Shown here in pieces: positions 45,743-55,337 of a DNA stretch of 64,000 nucleotides; position 1 is the first letter of the stretch, and every line of letters starts with the position of its first letter. Origin of the DNA: Balneola sp. (lineage in GTDB: Bacteria > Bacteroidota > Rhodothermia > Balneolales > Balneolaceae). The stretch spans positions 2,257,178 through 2,321,177 of the forward strand of contig OZ271847.1 of NCBI GenBank assembly GCA_965601915.1, in the 5' to 3' direction. The notes below the pieces were generated by a model. That model saw only the letters and a program-made list of their open reading frames with translations, did no database searches and was not told the origin of the DNA. The position numbers and the translations under genes were made by a program.

Positions 45743-46540
45743 ATGAAGATCTCTTTTTCAAATATTATCAGCTTTTTGGTTTCTCTTGGAATTCTGGTTT
45801 GGGGGTCATTAATGGTTATAGGGTTTACAGAATATAATGTGATTCCATCTGAGCTTGATTTTTTAAACCTACCGAGTCTTGCCATAGTCTTCGGAGGTAT
45901 TTCGGCAAGTGTATTTATCAGTTACCCTTTTGGAAAAGTGATCAGAGCGTTCAGAGAAAGTTTCCGGTTGTTTTCTCAAAGTAATATTGATGATAAACTC
46001 CTTGAACAGGATATTGAAAATATACTTGAATGGCAGAAGATGATACGTATAGACAGAAATGCCGCAGTATCTCAACTTAGCGAACAATACAGTAATCGTT
46101 TTGAAGGGTATCTATTTTCAATTCTGGATACTAATTATTCAACCGAAGAATTCCGCGAATTAGGTCAAATTAATATTCAGGAAACGTATACCCGTCAACA
46201 GCAGATCAATCAAATAATGGTAAGTATGGGTAAAACTGCTCCTGTTTTTGGGATGTTGGGAACCCTTTTTGGCTTGATTGTTATTCTATCTGGTTTTAAT
46301 GAAGTTGAATCTTTGCTTTCAGGATTGGCTGCGGCATTAATGACTACTTTATATGGAATTTTGATAGGAAATTTCCTCTTCACCCCTATGGCAAAGAAAA
46401 TGAATAATATTGCCTCTCTTCAATATTTCAGAGAAAAAATGATTCTTGAAGGCGTTTTACTTATTCAAGATCAGAAATCATCTTTGCAGATTTATGACAA
46501 GCTTAAAGCTCATATGCATCGCAATGTTCAACAGTTTTAA
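45743..46540 (+). CDS. motA: MotA/PomA-type stator channel protein (MotA/TolQ/ExbB family)
   Basis: 265 aa with a four-TM layout and a large cytoplasmic loop. The signature is GKTAPVFGMLGTLFGLIVIL...GLAAALMTTLYGILIGNFLFTPMAKKM. Confidence 0.8.
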   Translation: MKISFSNIISFLVSLGILVWGSLMVIGFTEYNVIPSELDFLNLPSLAIVFGGISASVFISYPFGKVIRAFRESFRLFSQSNIDDKLLEQDIENILEWQKMIRIDRNAAVSQLSEQYSNRFEGYLFSILDTNYSTEEFRELGQINIQETYTRQQQINQIMVSMGKTAPVFGMLGTLFGLIVILSGFNEVESLLSGLAAALMTTLYGILIGNFLFTPMAKKMNNIASLQYFREKMILEGVLLIQDQKSSLQIYDKLKAHMHRNVQQF

Positions 46541-46552
46541 TTATTGTGAACC

Positions 46553-48280
46553 GTGAGTTTAGAAGATCCATACAAACAAAAAAATTCTCTCTACCCTGAT
46601 CAGGAAATTGAATCCGCTGATGATGACAGCTGGCAGGTTAGTTATCTGGATATAATAACCATTATTCTGGGCTTTCTGATCATTCTTCTTTCTGTTTCTT
46701 CTTTGAATGATATAGAAACATTTTCGGTCTCCGATTTATTTAAATCATCTGAAAATGAAACAGAATTCATCACAACTCCGATTGAGCAAATAAAAGAAAG
46801 ACTGGAAGCTTTATTAGCCCAAGAAATTGAAGCAGGTCAGCTGGAAATATTTAGGGAATTAAATGACGTCAAGATAAAACTTAGAAGCGATGATATATAT
46901 CGCTCTGGAAGCGCTGAAATTCAGCCTTCATCTAAAGAGATGCTTAATCGGGTTTTAGCAGCTTTCAGACTCATTGAGTATGATGATTTTGAAATAGATG
47001 TGGAAGGACATACAGATAACGTTCCTATAACTACGGCATCTTACCCTTCCAACTGGGAACTTTCAACAGCCAGGGCATCAAATGTGGTTAAATACTTCAA
47101 TCAAATGGGAATAGACGAAGAAAGACTTAAAGCATCCGGATATGCTTCTTCCCGACCTGTAATTGAATTTGATGATCAGGGAAACCCTATTGCAGCGTCA
47201 AGAAGTAAGAACCGCAGAGTTGTTTTGAGATTATACTATTCTACGCCTGAGCAATTGATTGCTGAAAATTCAGACTCTAAAAACTCTGAGAGCCCCTCTT
47301 CAGACACTCAACAGAATAATCCTGAAGAAGAAGGTTCTGAAATTTCAAATACTACTGATGAAGCTAATACTGAAACTGAAGAAACAGCCCCTTTAACAGA
47401 AAACACTGTTGAAGATAAAGCCGATAACAAAAAAGAAGAGCTTGCCGAAGCTACTCCCTCCCCTGTTATCAAGTCTGAAGACATAAGCAAGCAGCCAAGA
47501 GCAAATAATCAATTGTCTGTTGTTGATGCTGAAGGCTGTAGTTTTTCTGTAGAAGCAGGAAATTATGAATCTTTTGCCAACAGCATCAGGGCTGCTAATC
47601 AAGCTGAAACAGCTACAGGCACCGATTTTGAGATCGTATACAACAATTTTTTATTTTCGGTTAGAAGTACTCCTCAAAATTCAATAAGACAAGCAATTAC
47701 TCTCCAGAAAAGTGCTCAAAGTTCCATTTCCAGTTCTGAATCTGCCTCTGTTATCAATCAATGTTATTCGCAGCCTTATCAATATCCCGAGAATCTTAAA
47801 TACATTATTCAGTTAGGTTTTTTCTCGAGCGAACAAAATGCTGCAAATTTCAGAGATAATTTAAATTCTGAATATAACATAGACGCTAAATTGGAAAATC
47901 TATCTGTTCAGGCGCATACTGTTTATGCTGGACCATTTGTAAATCGAAGTGCAGCCCAACAAAGGATCTCAGAATTCCGAGAGATCGAATTACTTAACAA
48001 CGCATTTATTAAATATGATCAGGGTACAGTTTCTGATTACTCTTATGATTATCAGATCTTGGCTGGCTCTTATCCTAGTAAAACCAAAGCCTTTCAGATA
48101 TCTCAAAGCCTTCAGAATCAATATAATATCAGATCAGAAGTAAAAACTAAAGCAGACGGTTATTCTTATGTAATTACTGAAAATCAGAATGATATGGACA
48201 GGGCTTTGATCGTAATAGATCAATTGACCGGATCAAATCTGGATATTGACCCGGTCATATTTTTAACAGAGAAAAATTAA
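46553..48280 (+). CDS. motB: MotB/OmpA-family stator protein with acidic linker and two C-terminal SPOR-like domains
   Basis: GTG start. The TM segment carries a conserved Asp (WQVSYLDIITIILGF, D33, GAT at 46649-46651). The OmpA-like peptidoglycan-binding domain reads EGHTDNVPI...SNWELSTARASNVVKYF...NRRVVLRL. An acidic low-complexity linker follows, then two SPOR-like repeats (YIIQLGFFSSEQNAANFRDNL...; YQILAGSYPSKTKAFQISQSL...). Confidence 0.85.
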   Translation: MSLEDPYKQKNSLYPDQEIESADDDSWQVSYLDIITIILGFLIILLSVSSLNDIETFSVSDLFKSSENETEFITTPIEQIKERLEALLAQEIEAGQLEIFRELNDVKIKLRSDDIYRSGSAEIQPSSKEMLNRVLAAFRLIEYDDFEIDVEGHTDNVPITTASYPSNWELSTARASNVVKYFNQMGIDEERLKASGYASSRPVIEFDDQGNPIAASRSKNRRVVLRLYYSTPEQLIAENSDSKNSESPSSDTQQNNPEEEGSEISNTTDEANTETEETAPLTENTVEDKADNKKEELAEATPSPVIKSEDISKQPRANNQLSVVDAEGCSFSVEAGNYESFANSIRAANQAETATGTDFEIVYNNFLFSVRSTPQNSIRQAITLQKSAQSSISSSESASVINQCYSQPYQYPENLKYIIQLGFFSSEQNAANFRDNLNSEYNIDAKLENLSVQAHTVYAGPFVNRSAAQQRISEFREIELLNNAFIKYDQGTVSDYSYDYQILAGSYPSKTKAFQISQSLQNQYNIRSEVKTKADGYSYVITENQNDMDRALIVIDQLTGSNLDIDPVIFLTEKN

Positions 48281-48289
48281 TTCTGATAA

Positions 48290-49579
48290 TTAAAGAAGCA
48301 TTGAAAGTGGATTCTCAAGCAGATTCCTAACCGTATTAAGGAACTGTGCTGCTTTGGCACCATCTACAATTCTGTGATCGCTGGACAATGTTACTTTCAT
48401 GCGTTTTCCCGGAACTACTTCTCCATTTTCAATAACAGGAACATCACGAATTGCTCCAACTGCAAGAATACAAGCGTTCGGTGGATTGATGATCGCTGTA
48501 AATTCTTCTATGCCAAACATTCCTAAATTAGAGATTGTAAAAGTACTTCCTTCCATCTGGTCCGGCTGTAACTTTCGGTCTCTCGCTAAACCGGCAAGTT
48601 CTCTGGTTTCAGCTGAGATTTCTGCTAGCCCCTTTTTATCAGCATGAGTAACAACAGGAGTCATTAAGCCTTCATCAATAGCCACAGCAACCGCTACATG
48701 AACGTCTCCGTGTTCTTTGATAGTGTCTTCATGCCAGGAACTGTTTACCGCCTGATGACGCGTTAGAGCAATAGCACAGGCTTTTACTACAATATCATTA
48801 AAACTGATCTTGACATCGTTGGCTTCGTTCATAGCTGAACGAGCAGCCATAGCAGCCTTCATATCGATATCAATTGTTTCATAAAAATGAGGATTCGTAA
48901 ATTTACTCTCTGAAAGTCTGCGGGCAATTGTTTTTCTCATTTGAGAAACTTTAACCTCTTTGCTCTCTATACTTTGGAAAGTTCTTGATGCTGTGGATGC
49001 CGAAGTACTTGATGGCTTGGATAATCCACTTCCTGAACTACTTTCTTTAAAGTTCTCGATATCAGACTTAACAATTCTTCCATCCGGGCCGGAACCATTT
49101 ACCGAATTCAGATCAATCCCTTTATCCTCAGCCATTTTACGTGCTAATGGAGACGCTTTTACTCTTCCATCATCAGATGATGAAGTACTACTTTCCTCTT
49201 TTACATCTTTATCTGAATTCTCAGAATCTTCTTCACTTTTACTGTCTTCTTCAACTGAAGTTTTAGTCTCTTCCTCATCAGAATCCGAAGATCCACTATC
49301 ATCTGAATCAGCTCCGTCCAGTAAATCAGAAATATCTTCTCCTTCCTCACCAATTATGGCTATGAGTCCGCCTAATGGAACAGAATCGCCTTCTGCGGGG
49401 ATAATTTTCAGAAGAGTTCCGTCATCAAACGCTTCCACGTCCATTGTTGCTTTATCAGTTTCTACTTCTGCAATGATATCTCCGGCAGAAATTTTATCGC
49501 CTTCTTGAACATTCCATTTAGCGATTACCCCTTCTTCCATGGTATCGCTGAGCTTCGGCATTTCTATCTTAATAGCCAT
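48290..49579 (-). CDS. pdhC: Pyruvate dehydrogenase E2 (dihydrolipoamide acetyltransferase)
   Basis: Lipoyl domain (EVETDKATMDVEA), acidic Ser/Asp/Glu linker, E3-binding domain (ASPLARKMA...GSGPDGRI) and catalytic DHRIVDG motif. Confidence 0.92.
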   Translation of the reverse strand: MAIKIEMPKLSDTMEEGVIAKWNVQEGDKISAGDIIAEVETDKATMDVEAFDDGTLLKIIPAEGDSVPLGGLIAIIGEEGEDISDLLDGADSDDSGSSDSDEEETKTSVEEDSKSEEDSENSDKDVKEESSTSSSDDGRVKASPLARKMAEDKGIDLNSVNGSGPDGRIVKSDIENFKESSSGSGLSKPSSTSASTASRTFQSIESKEVKVSQMRKTIARRLSESKFTNPHFYETIDIDMKAAMAARSAMNEANDVKISFNDIVVKACAIALTRHQAVNSSWHEDTIKEHGDVHVAVAVAIDEGLMTPVVTHADKKGLAEISAETRELAGLARDRKLQPDQMEGSTFTISNLGMFGIEEFTAIINPPNACILAVGAIRDVPVIENGEVVPGKRMKVTLSSDHRIVDGAKAAQFLNTVRNLLENPLSMLL

Positions 49580-49603
49580 ATTTCTTCAATTAGTAAGTGA
49601 GTT

Positions 49604-50587
49604 TTAATTTCTGTAAGTAACCTGATTCACGGCATCAACAACTTGCTTAACACTTGGATACCATAAATCGAATAAATTTTTTGCAAATGGGGCACAAACA
49701 TCTGGGAGTGTTACTCTTTGTACAGGAGCATCCAGGTAATCAAATGCTTCACGTTGAATCAGGAATCCAACTTCCGCTGCTAAACCTCCAAACGGATGTG
49801 CTTCATCAAGTATAACACAACGATTGGTTTTCTTGATTGATTCTATGATCAGAGGAAGATCCAACGGCTTAACCGTTCTTGGATCAATTATCTCACATTC
49901 AACACCATCTTTTGCTAATTCTTTAGCGGCCTGTACAGCCAGATGATACATTTTACCGTGAGCGACCAAAGTTACGTGATCGCCTTCGCGTTTTACTTTT
50001 CCTTTTCCTATTGGAATGATGTAATCATCATCTTCCGGAACTTCGCCTTTTAGTCCATACATTTGCTCCGATTCCATAAAAAGTACCGGATTATCGTCAC
50101 GAATAGCCGATTTCAATAATCCTTTTGCATCCGCAGGTTCCGAAGTGTATATCACTTTTAGTCCCGGGAAATGAGCGTACATAGAATCGTAAGCCACAGA
50201 GTGAGTAGCTCCTAATTGTCCGGCTGAAGCATTAGGTCCTCTGAAGACTATAGGGCAATTAATTTGTCCACCAGTCATATACTTCACCTTAGATGCATGA
50301 TTTATGATCTGATCTGCAGCTAATACTGCAAAGTTAAAGGTCATAAATTCAACTATTGGGCGTAACCCATTCATCGCGGCACCAACACCAATTCCTGCAA
50401 AACCAAGTTCTGAGATCGGGGTATCGATTACTCTTTTATATCCGTATTTGTCGAGAAGTCCTTCGGTAGTTTTATAAGCGCCATTATATTCGGCAACTTC
50501 CTCACCCATGATAAAGACTTTCTCATCGTTTGCCATCTCTTCATCGATGGCAGCTTTAATTGCTTCTCTAAATTGTAATTCAGCCAT
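49604..50587 (-). CDS. pdhB: Pyruvate dehydrogenase E1 beta subunit
   Basis: 327 aa with a transketolase-like pyrimidine-binding domain (VFIMGEEVAEYNGAYK...DTPISE) and a typical C-terminal domain. Confidence 0.95.
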   Translation of the reverse strand: MAELQFREAIKAAIDEEMANDEKVFIMGEEVAEYNGAYKTTEGLLDKYGYKRVIDTPISELGFAGIGVGAAMNGLRPIVEFMTFNFAVLAADQIINHASKVKYMTGGQINCPIVFRGPNASAGQLGATHSVAYDSMYAHFPGLKVIYTSEPADAKGLLKSAIRDDNPVLFMESEQMYGLKGEVPEDDDYIIPIGKGKVKREGDHVTLVAHGKMYHLAVQAAKELAKDGVECEIIDPRTVKPLDLPLIIESIKKTNRCVILDEAHPFGGLAAEVGFLIQREAFDYLDAPVQRVTLPDVCAPFAKNLFDLWYPSVKQVVDAVNQVTYRN

Positions 50588-50610
50588 TATTTTATTCTTT
50601 GAAATTCTTT

Positions 50611-51711
50611 TTAGGTGTGGAAATATGGATCTTCTTCAACGAACATATCTTCGTATAGCTCTTCCTCTTTCGGGAAATCAGAATTATCAGCAAATTCTAC
50701 AGCATCCAGTACTTCCTGCTCTACTTTTTCCTCAATTTTTTTAAGAGCCGATTCAGTAGCAATTTTGTTTTCAAGTAAATATGTTTTTAAACGAGCAATC
50801 GGATCAATATTCTGATATTCTTCCAACTCTTCTTTGGTTCGGTATTTCTGAGGATCAGACATTGAATGTCCTCTGTAACGATACGTTCTGATTTCAACAA
50901 ACCAAGGTTCTGAATTTTTTCGTACATCATCAGCAATCTCTTTCATTTTCTCATACACAGAAAATACATCCATTCCATTAATTACTGCACTTTTCATACC
51001 ATAACCTTTTGCTCGATCAACAATTTCGGCAACAGTATGTCTTTTTGCAGCAGTTCCCATCGAATATCCGTTGTTTTCAACAACAAAAATCGCTGGAAGC
51101 CCCCAAAGCTGCGCAATGTTAAAAGTCTCATGTAAAGCTCCTTGATCAACAGCTCCATCACCGAAAAAACAAGTAGCTACACGTCCGTTCTGCTCATATT
51201 TATTAGTAAAAGCAAGTCCGCCACCAATAGGAATATGTCCGCCTACGATTCCATAGCCACCCCAAAAATGATTTTCTGCTTTGGCAAAGTGCATGGAGCC
51301 ACCTTTACCACGGGAACAACCGGTTGCTTTACCAAAAAGCTCTGCCATACCTTCATTAGCTGAAATACCACGGCATAACCCCCAGCCATGATCACGATAC
51401 GCTGTTATGATGTCATCATCATCATTCAGTGCATAGGTTGTTCCAGTTGAAACTGCTTCTTGTCCAATATAAAGGTGTAGAAACCCACCAAACTTTCCTT
51501 TCTGATACTGTTGCATTGCACGCTCTTCAAATCTGCGTTGCAAATACATTTGCTCATACATCTCTTTAAGCTTTTTTGCAGAAAGTTTAAGGTCTTTGTG
51601 AGTTGATTTGGTTGCGTCCGGAAGATCCACTCCCTTTTGTACCGCACCCGATTTTTCATCTCCAATTCCTCTTGGAGCAAATTCTACGTTATCCGTTTTC
51701 TTTTTCGCCAT
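50611..51711 (-). CDS. pdhA: Pyruvate dehydrogenase E1 alpha subunit (TPP-dependent)
   Basis: TPP-binding motif (GDGAVDQGALHETFNIAQLWGLPAIFVVENNGY) and the YRYRGHSMSDP motif. Confidence 0.95.
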   Translation of the reverse strand: MAKKKTDNVEFAPRGIGDEKSGAVQKGVDLPDATKSTHKDLKLSAKKLKEMYEQMYLQRRFEERAMQQYQKGKFGGFLHLYIGQEAVSTGTTYALNDDDDIITAYRDHGWGLCRGISANEGMAELFGKATGCSRGKGGSMHFAKAENHFWGGYGIVGGHIPIGGGLAFTNKYEQNGRVATCFFGDGAVDQGALHETFNIAQLWGLPAIFVVENNGYSMGTAAKRHTVAEIVDRAKGYGMKSAVINGMDVFSVYEKMKEIADDVRKNSEPWFVEIRTYRYRGHSMSDPQKYRTKEELEEYQNIDPIARLKTYLLENKIATESALKKIEEKVEQEVLDAVEFADNSDFPKEEELYEDMFVEEDPYFHT

Positions 51712-51798
51712 AATTAGTTTTTAATGCTTAGCCCGTCAAAAAGGGCTTGAATATATTCAATTTTTAGGAAGTTTTCGTAATCAGCTTATTCAGATTTT

Positions 51799-54495
51799 TT
51801 AAAGTGATTCTGATATAATTTCATTCACTTTCTCAAGAGCCTCTGAAAGCTTTTCAGGTTGACGTCCACCTGCTGTTGCAAGATTTGGCTGACCGCCGCC
51901 GCCGCCTCCAACTAAGCGCCCCAGTTGCCCGACTAAGGCTCCGGCTTTCAACCCTTTTTCTTTAGTTAAATCTTCAGTTACAGATACCATAAGATAAACT
52001 TTTCCTTCACTCTCATCTTTAGAACCCAGAACGGTTATCGTATTTTTTTTGGATTTTTCGAGTGAATCATAACCAAGTTGTTTTAGAACATCCATATCTG
52101 CTCCAGAGATTTCACCTTTTACCAAAGAGATATCACCGTTTATTTTTTCCGGATTCTTCATAAGGTCGCTTAAAACAGCGCCGGTATTTTGAAGGTTTTG
52201 TTCCGTTAGTTGCTTTTCAAGAGATTTCTTTTCTTCTTGGAGTTTTTTGATATCAGCTACGAGATCGTTGCTCTGTCCAATAGTTAATTTAATTTCTTTC
52301 ACTAAATTATTTTCTTCACGAAGTAATTTATCGGCAGCCTTTCCGCAAACCGCTTCAATTCTTCTAACTCCGGCAGCTACCGATGTTTCCTGAGTAAACC
52401 GGAAATAACCAATTTCACCGGTAGCTTTAACATGTGTTCCTCCGCAAAGCTCACGGGAATAATCGGGATCAAAAGTTATCACTCGTACTTCATCACCGTA
52501 TTTCTCTCCGAATAACATCATCGCACCCATTTCTTTCGCTTCATCAATAGGAACATTTCTTTTTTCATCCAGAGATATGTTTTCCTGAATCTTTTCATTT
52601 ACTCTTTGTTCAATTCGAGCAAGTTCTTCATCTGTAACAGCTTCATAATGGGAAAAGTCAAAACGCAAATGCTGATCATCTACTAAAGACCCTTTCTGAG
52701 CTACATGATCACCTAATTCTTGTCTTAGCGCAGCATGAACTAAATGTGTTGCAGAGTGATGTTTTTGAATTTCATTTCTGCGATTAACATCTACTTTTGC
52801 TGTCCACGTTCCTGTGAGATCACTTGGTATCTTTTCAGTAAAATGAAGTATTTGATTATTACTTTTTTGTACATCAAGTATTCTAATTTCTTTACCACTT
52901 TTCAATAGCACACCTGTATCAGCTACTTGCCCACCACTTTCAGCATAAAATGGAGTTTTATCAAAAATTAAAGCATGTCTACCGTCTATACTTTTTTCTA
53001 AAAATATTTCAACTGTAATTTCTGTTTCATCATAACCTAGAAAAATTGAATCGGATACAGTCTCTTTGTCAGGGTACAACTCTTTCGGATAAATCGACCT
53101 CCATATTGAAAGCCCACTCTGATCAACAGAAAATTTTCCAGCAGCACGAGCTCTGTCTTTCTGCTCTTTCATTAACTCATTGAAACGGTCTTCATCCACT
53201 TGAATTTCTTGTTCACGAGCCATCAACTGAGTAAGATCTATCGGGAAGCCGTAAGTATCATGAAGCTTGAAAGCATCATCACCAGAAATTACTTTTTTCC
53301 CTTTCGATACTTCTTTGAACAGTTCGATTCCTTGACCTAATGTCTTAAGAAAGCTTTTTTCTTCTGATTTGATCACATTGATCACATACTCTTTCTGAGC
53401 TTTCAATTCCGGAAAAACATCCTTGAATTGCTCAGCTAAAACATCAACCAGTTTAAAAAAGAACGGTTCTTTGAAATTCAATTTATCCCAACCGTATCGA
53501 ATTCCTCTTCTAAGAATTCTACGAATCACATAACCTCGTCCGTCATTTCCGGGAGATGCGCCGTCTGCAATCGAGAAAGCAACTGCACGAATATGATCCG
53601 CAATAACACGCATTGCAATATCAGTTTCACTGTCTGAACTATTGTATTTAATTCCTGCTAATTCCGATATCTGATCGAGTAAACCTGTAAAAACATCGGA
53701 ATCATAATTTGAAGTCTTGCCCTGTAATACCGCACAAATACGTTCAAAACCCATTCCTGTGTCCACATGCTGAGCCGGAAGTGTTTTTAACGAACCATCT
53801 GACTGTCGGTTAAATTGAATAAATACCAGATTCCAGATTTCCATCACTCTAGGATCATCTGCGTTTACAAGCGAAGCTCCATCCACTTTTTTACGCTCTT
53901 CCTCCGATCGAAGATCAATATGAATTTCTGAACAAGGTCCACAAGGTCCGGTTTCTCCCATTTCCCAGAAATTATCTTTCTTACCACATTTCAGAATATG
54001 ACTATGATCAATGGAAGTTTCACTTTTCCACAACTCAATTGCTTCTTCATCAACCGGAAGCCCATCTTCTTCATCACCACCAAATACTGTGGCATATAAC
54101 TGATCAGGATTTAATCCCCAATTATCAACCAGTAATTCCCATGCCCATGAGATAGCTTCTTTTTTGAAGTAATCACCAAACGACCAATTACCTAACATCT
54201 CAAACAGAGTATGGTGATAAGTGTCATACCCTACTTCTTCAAGATCATTATGCTTACCGCTTACGCGAATACATTTCTGAGTATCAGCCGCTCTATTCCA
54301 TTCTTTTCCTTCATGTGTGAGCGTATTTTCTTCACCAAGAAATATCGGTTTAAACTGATTCATCCCCGCGTTTGTAAATAATAGCGTAGGGTCGTTCTTA
54401 GGAGCAACCGGTGCACTGTCAACTATAGCGTGGTTTTTTTCAGCAAAAAAGTCTAAAAATTCTTGTCTGATTTCAGATGATGTCTTGATGGACAT
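51799..54495 (-). CDS. alaS: Alanine--tRNA ligase
   Basis: 898 aa. FTNAGMNQFK, RVSGKHNDLEEVG..YHHTLFEMLGNWSFGDYFK, the editing-domain HxxxH (HSATHLVH) with CGGTHV, and a C-terminal DHHA1-like GGGGG region. Confidence 0.97.
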   Translation of the reverse strand: MSIKTSSEIRQEFLDFFAEKNHAIVDSAPVAPKNDPTLLFTNAGMNQFKPIFLGEENTLTHEGKEWNRAADTQKCIRVSGKHNDLEEVGYDTYHHTLFEMLGNWSFGDYFKKEAISWAWELLVDNWGLNPDQLYATVFGGDEEDGLPVDEEAIELWKSETSIDHSHILKCGKKDNFWEMGETGPCGPCSEIHIDLRSEEERKKVDGASLVNADDPRVMEIWNLVFIQFNRQSDGSLKTLPAQHVDTGMGFERICAVLQGKTSNYDSDVFTGLLDQISELAGIKYNSSDSETDIAMRVIADHIRAVAFSIADGASPGNDGRGYVIRRILRRGIRYGWDKLNFKEPFFFKLVDVLAEQFKDVFPELKAQKEYVINVIKSEEKSFLKTLGQGIELFKEVSKGKKVISGDDAFKLHDTYGFPIDLTQLMAREQEIQVDEDRFNELMKEQKDRARAAGKFSVDQSGLSIWRSIYPKELYPDKETVSDSIFLGYDETEITVEIFLEKSIDGRHALIFDKTPFYAESGGQVADTGVLLKSGKEIRILDVQKSNNQILHFTEKIPSDLTGTWTAKVDVNRRNEIQKHHSATHLVHAALRQELGDHVAQKGSLVDDQHLRFDFSHYEAVTDEELARIEQRVNEKIQENISLDEKRNVPIDEAKEMGAMMLFGEKYGDEVRVITFDPDYSRELCGGTHVKATGEIGYFRFTQETSVAAGVRRIEAVCGKAADKLLREENNLVKEIKLTIGQSNDLVADIKKLQEEKKSLEKQLTEQNLQNTGAVLSDLMKNPEKINGDISLVKGEISGADMDVLKQLGYDSLEKSKKNTITVLGSKDESEGKVYLMVSVTEDLTKEKGLKAGALVGQLGRLVGGGGGGQPNLATAGGRQPEKLSEALEKVNEIISESL

Positions 54496-54758
54496 TCGGT
54501 TTATTTATGGTATTAAAATTTTAAGAAGGTGAAGATAAAAAAAATATGTCTCACACTCGATGGTTGATTTAGTTCCTAAACTACAATCCATCCAAGTTGG
54601 ACTGAAGCCCCGGGCATATCTATTTGCTCGATAAAATCTTGTGCTTAATTAAGAAGGGAATAATACACAAATTAACCTTCGCAATTAATTCTGATAACAT
54701 TCATTTTGTGCTTTCGGGATTTTGTCGCGACATTTATTCAAACAAATTTATTCAAGTC

Positions 54759-55334
54759 ATGAAAACCATTCTGAATTTCTTTCTTCGCGGATTATTAATC
54801 GTTTTCCCGGTTGGAGCCACACTTTATTTAGTTTCAATTGCCATTGGTTGGGCAAATGAAACTATGAATTATCTTTTCTTCAGATGGTTTGAATACAATA
54901 TTCCTGGACTTGGTATAATTACCGGATTTATTGCGATTACTCTTCTTGGTTTCATATTCACGAGAGCTTTCACAAAACCTATAGTACATCTCTTTGAAAA
55001 GTTACTATCCAGAACCCCTTTAGTTAGTATCATTTACAGCTCTCTTAAAGATCTTACCGAAGCATTTGTTGGAGATAAAAAAAAATTTACAAAACCTGTA
55101 GTAGTAGATTTTGGCGTTCCGGGTGTAAAAAGATTAGGATTCATTACACAGGAATCTTTAGAAGATATTGATCTGATAGATGAAATCGCAGTTTACTGCC
55201 CTCACTCCTATAATTTTTCAGGAAATCTGTACATAGTTGAAAAAAAACATGTTAAACCTGTAAGAAAAGACTCCGCCGACTTTATGAAATTTATCGTCTC
55301 AGGCGGAGTATCTGATTTAAACAAAGTACATTAA
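54759..55334 (+). CDS. DUF502-family membrane protein
   Basis: The N-terminal TM hairpin (FFLRGLLIVFPVGATLYLV...GLGIITGFIAITLLGF) and the length fit DUF502. I prefer the start MKTILNFF at 54759 over the listed 54624. Confidence 0.65.
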   Translation: MKTILNFFLRGLLIVFPVGATLYLVSIAIGWANETMNYLFFRWFEYNIPGLGIITGFIAITLLGFIFTRAFTKPIVHLFEKLLSRTPLVSIIYSSLKDLTEAFVGDKKKFTKPVVVDFGVPGVKRLGFITQESLEDIDLIDEIAVYCPHSYNFSGNLYIVEKKHVKPVRKDSADFMKFIVSGGVSDLNKVH

Positions 55335-55337
55335 GTG

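Noticed and set aside
43344-48280. Reading the FliF/FliG-MotA-MotB genes as part of an ordinary flagellar gene cluster.
   Set aside because: The window contains no fliM/N, fliH/I/J, flhA/B, fliPQR, rod, hook or flagellin genes. The flanks are a pilus chaperone/usher set upstream and the convergent PDH operon 9 nt downstream. FliF and FliG are fused and FliF is reduced to one ring domain. A canonical flagellar regulon elsewhere in the genome cannot be excluded from this window.
48960-49508. A 182-aa + strand ORF antisense to the PDH E2 gene.
   Set aside because: It is a Ser/Leu/Pro-rich mirror of the acidic linker and lipoyl region of a confidently identified E2 gene, so it is a spurious shadow ORF.
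51712-51798. The AGCCC...GGGCT hairpin between alaS and pdhA, considered as a terminator.
   Set aside because: The stem is only 5 bp with an 8-nt loop, and no T-run follows on the transcribed (minus) strand. That is too weak to call.
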